Assembly (NCBI GenBank): GCA_016839605.1
Contig: JAEOTX010000174.1
Coordinates: 1 to 11,056, forward strand
DNA from: Candidatus Thorarchaeota archaeon
GTDB lineage: Archaea > Asgardarchaeota > Thorarchaeia > Thorarchaeales > Thorarchaeaceae
Direction: 5' to 3'
Length of the DNA stretch: 11,056 nt
Below are positions 7,689 through 11,056 of the stretch, one piece after another; position 1 is the first letter of the stretch; each line of letters begins with the position of its first letter. The notes below the pieces were generated by a model that had not been told where the DNA came from, searched no databases, and saw only the letters and a program-made list of their open reading frames with translations. Position numbers and translations under genes: made by a program.

Positions 7689-7749
7689 AGCACGCAACAC
7701 CCTGAATATCATGAGCTGAACAATGTAAAATTCCTTTTCCTTTCTAGCG

Positions 7750-7755
7750 ATATAA
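7750..7755 (-). promoter_or_regulatory. Putative TATA box of the corrinoid-methyltransferase operon
   Basis: TTATAT on the minus strand, in the AT-rich spacer upstream of the corrinoid gene. Confidence 0.4.
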
Positions 7756-7793
7756 CAAATACTCAGCTCCGAATATCTCCCATGCCATGACGG

Positions 7794-8090
7794 TCAATCA
7801 GCTTGCTGAAGGTTTACCTTCTCTATCATCTGAAGCATTGCGTCCACCTCTTTCTGAGATAGAATTGCTCTGATAGCATCAAGTTCGTTCTGGTTTCTTA
7901 TGAGTGCCCCTACCTTATACATTGGATTCCCGCTTTGTCCAATCGGATTTATCTCAACGGCCAAATAGGCTGGTTCATCCTTTGATCGAGGTATCTTTCT
8001 GATGAATAGTCCAGGTTCATCCATCCTTAACCGTTCGAATTTCCTCCCGTGCTTGAGCATATCTCTCAGCGATTCTTCCATTACACTCAC
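7794..8090 (-). CDS. Conserved archaeal hypothetical protein, possible PC4-like ssDNA-binding fold
   Basis: 98 aa with GTG start. The pattern PGLFIRKIP...AYLAVEINP...GNP.YKVG..IR...EL reads as beta-strands followed by a C-terminal helix. Confidence 0.7.
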   Translation of the reverse strand: MSVMEESLRDMLKHGRKFERLRMDEPGLFIRKIPRSKDEPAYLAVEINPIGQSGNPMYKVGALIRNQNELDAIRAILSQKEVDAMLQMIEKVNLQQAD

Positions 8091-8111
8091 TCGTTCATTC
8101 TAGTTCATAGT

Positions 8112-8121
8112 CTTGATAAAA
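8112..8121 (-). promoter_or_regulatory. Putative TATA-like box (TTTTATCAAG) for the 8090 gene, probably a leaderless transcript
   Basis: It lies 22-31 nt upstream of GTG 8090, and there is no clear RBS before the start. Confidence 0.4.
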
Positions 8122-8155
8122 CATGCTGAATCTTGACTGGTTCTTACAATGGAAT

Positions 8156-8189
8156 AAAAAAAGAAGGATATGAAGGGGGCTATGCCCCC
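8156..8189 (-). terminator. Probable terminator: GC hairpin followed by a T7 tract
   Basis: The minus strand reads GGGGGC-ATA-GCCCCC (8189-8175), then TTCATATCCTTC, then TTTTTTT (8162-8156). It begins 18 nt after the stop of the RHH gene. Confidence 0.65.
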
Positions 8190-8207
8190 ATTCCTGAACA
8201 TATGGTG

Positions 8208-8591
8208 TCACTTAGCACTGACTATCTTGTCCACATCTCTGCATTTTGTCAGGACCTGCAATTTAGTCAAGGAATCAGGGATGATCACTGTCTTGGACTT
8301 TCTTATCTCGTCCACATACTGGTCGAACAATTCCCAATCAACATCTTTGCTTATTGTAAGGGTCTTAATACCGCTGAACCCAATGGGTCCCCCTACCGAT
8401 TCCAGTTCCTTCTTGTTTATGGTCAATTCATCCAGGTTCTCAACCCTGAACACCTTCTCACTTGTTTCCTCGAGAAAGATACGCATGACCTGAGTCACAA
8501 GCTCTCCAATTGGAACGCTTCTCCTTCTGGCCTCTGCTGAGAACAGGCTATAGACATTATCGTCAATGCCCCGTATCGTCACATCGGTCAC
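8208..8591 (-). CDS. Ribbon-helix-helix (FitA/Arc-like) DNA-binding protein with a C-terminal repeat-like domain
   Basis: The N-terminal DVTIRGIDDNVY..F.AEA.RR..PIGELV..VMR.FL is a textbook RHH pattern. The GTG start follows GAGGGTGA. Confidence 0.8.
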   Translation of the reverse strand: MTDVTIRGIDDNVYSLFSAEARRRSVPIGELVTQVMRIFLEETSEKVFRVENLDELTINKKELESVGGPIGFSGIKTLTISKDVDWELFDQYVDEIRKSKTVIIPDSLTKLQVLTKCRDVDKIVSAK

Positions 8592-8617
8592 ATAATCACC
8601 CTCGTAGCAATGCTAGA

Positions 8618-8935
8618 TCAGAGCTCCCGTAGGACTATGCCTGGGGAATTCCTGAGGAAGCAAGCTATGGCCATGAAGAAGGTACCAAAGAGGATCACTC
8701 CAGAGGCGATCAATATCTCCAGGGTCAACGGCACGATGCCAAGAAATGCTAGCATCATTAATGCTCCAACGAATGTGATCAGGAACCCGATGTAGCCGAC
8801 AAAGACCCATGCTGCGCTGGCTTCCTCTCTCTTCCGCTGTTGCTCATCTATCTCTTGGAATCTCTTCCGCATTCGATCTCGTACTTCACTATCATCGTTG
8901 TTAGGTGTTTCATCAGATGTAATATTTATCACCAT
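8618..8935 (-). CDS. Small membrane protein: charged N-terminal helix plus two TM helices
   Basis: Charged segment RDRMRKRFQEIDEQQRKREE, then hydrophobic WVFVGYIGFLITFVGALMMLAFLGIV and ILIASGVILFGTFFMAIACFL. The start is uncertain (8953, 8944 or 8935). 8935 fits both GGTGA and the TATA box at 8958-8964. Confidence 0.7.
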   Translation of the reverse strand: MVINITSDETPNNDDSEVRDRMRKRFQEIDEQQRKREEASAAWVFVGYIGFLITFVGALMMLAFLGIVPLTLEILIASGVILFGTFFMAIACFLRNSPGIVLREL

Positions 8936-8957
8936 TATCACCATACACAACATTTGG

Positions 8958-8964
8958 TTATAAA
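8958..8964 (-). promoter_or_regulatory. Putative TATA box (TTTATAA) for the membrane protein/RHH unit
   Basis: The minus strand reads TTTATAA, about 23-29 nt upstream of ATG 8935. Confidence 0.5.
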
Positions 8965-9040
8965 TGTGACGGTGATGACATACGAGTTCTCAGTAACTGA
9001 ATAACAAACAGCCCACCTGATCTCCACGAGTTTGCACAAC

Positions 9041-9047
9041 TATATAA
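9041..9047 (+). promoter_or_regulatory. Putative TATA box (TATATAA) of the nitroreductase gene
   Basis: It lies about 30 nt upstream of ATG 9078, in a divergent spacer. Confidence 0.5.
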
Positions 9048-9077
9048 TTGGAAAATTGCAGGAACTGAACGGGGAAG

Positions 9078-9689
9078 ATGATGAATCCAGTAATTGAAGC
9101 GATAAACAGCAGACGGTCTATCAGAGCCTATGAACCAACACCAGTTCCTAGGGACATCATCAATGCGGTCATCGAGGCTGGCAATCTGGCACCCTCAAGG
9201 GGACGGATGGAAAATGGAGAGATTCTTTTTCAGCCTTGGCGGTTTGTTGTTGTCGAAGGTCAAGAGTTCAAGCAAAAGCTCGTTCAGACTACGAATCCTA
9301 TCTGGAAACAATCGATGGAACGCATCAAGGAGACGCACCCCGAAACCTATGAGAATGCAATGAATCTCTACGAAACAATGGATGAACCAAAGGACATGGT
9401 CTACTATTCTGCACCTGTCGTCCTCTTTGTCATAGGTTTGGCCAGCTACGATGTAAGTTGTGCACTTGCCTGTGAGAACATCATGCTTGCGGCGCATTCT
9501 CTCGGTCTTGGAAGCTGCTACGTGGGATTTGGTTCAATGGTGAAAGGTAATACAGATGTCGTAAAAGCCCTTGAGCTAACGGATGATGAACGAATATTCG
9601 GACCTATCGTGCTTGGGTATCCAAAGGACCTCCCTGAAGAGCCGGTAATGCGGTCGGAGAAAAAGCCACCCAAGATTAAATGGATCTAG
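9078..9689 (+). CDS. Nitroreductase family (FMN-dependent) protein
   Basis: Motifs are RRSIRAY, AGNLAPS...QPWRFVVV, YYSAPVVL, ACENIMLAAHSLGLGSCYVG and IVLGYP. Confidence 0.93.
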   Translation: MMNPVIEAINSRRSIRAYEPTPVPRDIINAVIEAGNLAPSRGRMENGEILFQPWRFVVVEGQEFKQKLVQTTNPIWKQSMERIKETHPETYENAMNLYETMDEPKDMVYYSAPVVLFVIGLASYDVSCALACENIMLAAHSLGLGSCYVGFGSMVKGNTDVVKALELTDDERIFGPIVLGYPKDLPEEPVMRSEKKPPKIKWI

Positions 9690-9750
9690 AATCACACTGA
9701 CTGAAGCGGCGAAGCATTATTGACGGAATAATGAGTCAGCAGACAGGAAC

Positions 9751-10254
9751 ATGAAGAATAGGATTTCGGAAAAAGACGCACTCACACAATTGCACGATGG
9801 CATCAGGCTAGTGAGTGAGGGAAAGGCTGAGGAAGCTGAGACCATCCTGAGAGTGGTCTTGAACTCAAAACCAAGAAACGCAGATGCTTTGTGGCTCCTT
9901 GGGAGAGCTTTGGCACAACAAGGCCAACTTAAGGAGAGTATTGATGCCTACAGCAAAGCAACTCAGGTCGAACCAGACAGAGCGGTCTTTCACGAGTCCC
10001 TTGGTGTCATGCTTATTCAAATCGGAGATGTTCTTGGGGGAAAGAAAGCCCTGGCGAAGGCACTTGAGCTTGATTCAGAGGCTCTAAGACCCTCCGAGTA
10101 CACATTTGGCAAGCTCATTGAGGAGAGTCCAGAGAATAAGATATACTGGTATGGCCTTGGAATTGTGCTTGAGCTCCAGGGTAAGATGGACATGAGCCAG
10201 AAAGCGATGCTAAAGGCACGCCAGTATGATTCCACCCTTTCGAACGACACTTGA
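9751..10254 (+). CDS. Tetratricopeptide repeat protein
   Basis: About four TPR units (for example ADALWLLGRALAQQGQLKESIDAYSKATQVEP; AVFHESLGVML...G...GGKKALAKALELD; IYWYGLGIVLELQGK). Confidence 0.88.
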   Translation: MKNRISEKDALTQLHDGIRLVSEGKAEEAETILRVVLNSKPRNADALWLLGRALAQQGQLKESIDAYSKATQVEPDRAVFHESLGVMLIQIGDVLGGKKALAKALELDSEALRPSEYTFGKLIEESPENKIYWYGLGIVLELQGKMDMSQKAMLKARQYDSTLSNDT

Positions 10255-10281
10255 AATCATGATTTCTGATGCCATGGCATC
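10253..10281. repeat. Two adjacent perfect 14-bp palindromes
   Basis: GAAATCATGATTTC (10253-10266) and GATGCCATGGCATC (10268-10281) are separated by one T. Confidence 0.9.
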
Positions 10282-10362
10282 CATCCATAGAGCATGTAGT
10301 CAGGTCCGAATATCTCTCTGTGTTGTTTTATCAAGCAATATGCAGCTTCAGGTGTTTGCCTT

Positions 10363-11055
10363 TCATGATTCAGATTCCTGAATGAGCCACCGACACACTT
10401 TGAGTAGAAGACCCCATTCGGAATCCGGGTCGCTCAGAGCGTCGAAGTACGTGACCCCATCCCTGTCGGTGCCCTCCTCGAATTCAGGATGTGGACTGGA
10501 GAGGAATACTGTTCCCGCTCCATACTTGAACACAATCATGCAAGGTAAGTCGTTATCTGGGTATGTGACAATCGGAATTATGCCCGACATATTCTCTTTA
10601 CTGTAGTAACCAGAATTCCAATAGAATATCTCATAGGATTCTGGTTCCTCCGATAGATCCGGCCCAGTGGAACTCCTATTCACATTCATCTCTTTCAGGA
10701 ATTCACCGTAACCATCTACGGCAGGGCGATACTCGCCATCGAAGAGACTCAGCCCCATGTTGGTTGCAAATGTAGCACCTCCGCAGATGCCGAAGTACGA
10801 ACCTCCATCAGTAACGAATTGACGGATGGTATCCATCCCCTCACTTTGAAGATACGCTCCGAATCCGCCTCCAGCTGGCATGACTAGCATGTCGTAATCT
10901 GCAAGAGCTCCTTCTCGAATTGAGGTCTCATTCACGTGACCTATCTTTGCCCGCATCCAGGCAAACATGTTATCGACTGCTATCTTGCTTGATTCAAGAA
11001 CCCCTCCGCCGTCATAGATAGCTACTCTGACATCTTCCATTCCAGTCGGTGTTCC
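10363..11055 (-). CDS. BPL_N / class I glutamine amidotransferase-like domain protein, probably 5'-truncated by the window edge
   Basis: Motifs are VAIYDGGG, YDMLVMPAGG, IRQFV..GGSYFGICGGA (nucleophile elbow), YGAGTVFLSSPHPE. The frame stays open upstream of ATG 11040 (GTPTG) to the window end. Confidence 0.85.
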   Translation of the reverse strand, partial: GTPTGMEDVRVAIYDGGGVLESSKIAVDNMFAWMRAKIGHVNETSIREGALADYDMLVMPAGGGFGAYLQSEGMDTIRQFVTDGGSYFGICGGATFATNMGLSLFDGEYRPAVDGYGEFLKEMNVNRSSTGPDLSEEPESYEIFYWNSGYYSKENMSGIIPIVTYPDNDLPCMIVFKYGAGTVFLSSPHPEFEEGTDRDGVTYFDALSDPDSEWGLLLKVCRWLIQESES

Positions 11056-11056
11056 A

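Noticed and set aside
8208-8591. Type II toxin-antitoxin system
   Set aside because: No adjacent gene shows PIN, RelE/ParE, MazF or HEPN features.
8927-8944. 9-bp tandem duplication TATCACCAT x2
   Set aside because: Only two copies, explained as RBS-plus-start sequence (ATGGTGATA) at the gene start. It only makes the start codon ambiguous.
9690-9750. SECIS element / selenoprotein
   Set aside because: No neighbouring gene has an in-frame TGA at a catalytic Cys position.
1071-10606. The many short ORFs nested in or antisense to real genes (for example 1404-1745, 2337-2666, 5667-5903, 6977-7276, 8133-8540, 8613-8810, 9195-9497, 10017-10250)
   Set aside because: These are shadow ORFs with no recognisable motifs or RBS, overlapping better-supported genes.
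1-11056. CRISPR array, tRNA/rRNA, transposase or prophage
   Set aside because: I saw no regularly spaced repeats, cloverleaf or rRNA-like sequence, or integrase/transposase motifs. All spacers are under 150 nt.

Overview
Gene-dense chromosomal window with 16 supportable CDSs, two of them cut by the window edges. I found no rRNA, tRNA, CRISPR array or transposase. GGTGA/GGAGG ribosome-binding sites, TATA-like boxes about 25-30 nt upstream of several starts, frequent TTG/GTG starts and the protein families all point to an anaerobic archaeon. An Asgard (Thorarchaeia-like) origin is plausible but is inference only. Left to right the genes encode: an amidohydrolase-2 enzyme (partial), an AKR-like TIM barrel, a transglutaminase-like protein, an ATC-hydrolase/V4R-like protein, a 4-oxalocrotonate tautomerase, a 555-aa coiled-coil/zinc-ribbon protein, a small 2-TM protein, a [2Fe-2S] ferredoxin, a UroD/MetE-fold methyltransferase translationally coupled to a corrinoid protein, a PC4-like small protein, an RHH protein, a second 2-TM protein, a nitroreductase, a TPR protein and a BPL_N/GATase1-like protein (partial). 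There are three main leads. (1) An atypical cobamide methyltransferase pair: the methyltransferase has no HxC...C zinc motif, the corrinoid protein has SxL changed to GxY, and a ferredoxin follows. (2) An ATPase-less coiled-coil protein with 11-residue (hendecad) repeats, probably a hairpin rod. (3) A convergent spacer with two back-to-back perfect 14-bp CATG-centred palindromes and two 12-mers shared with the flanks of the PC4-like gene.
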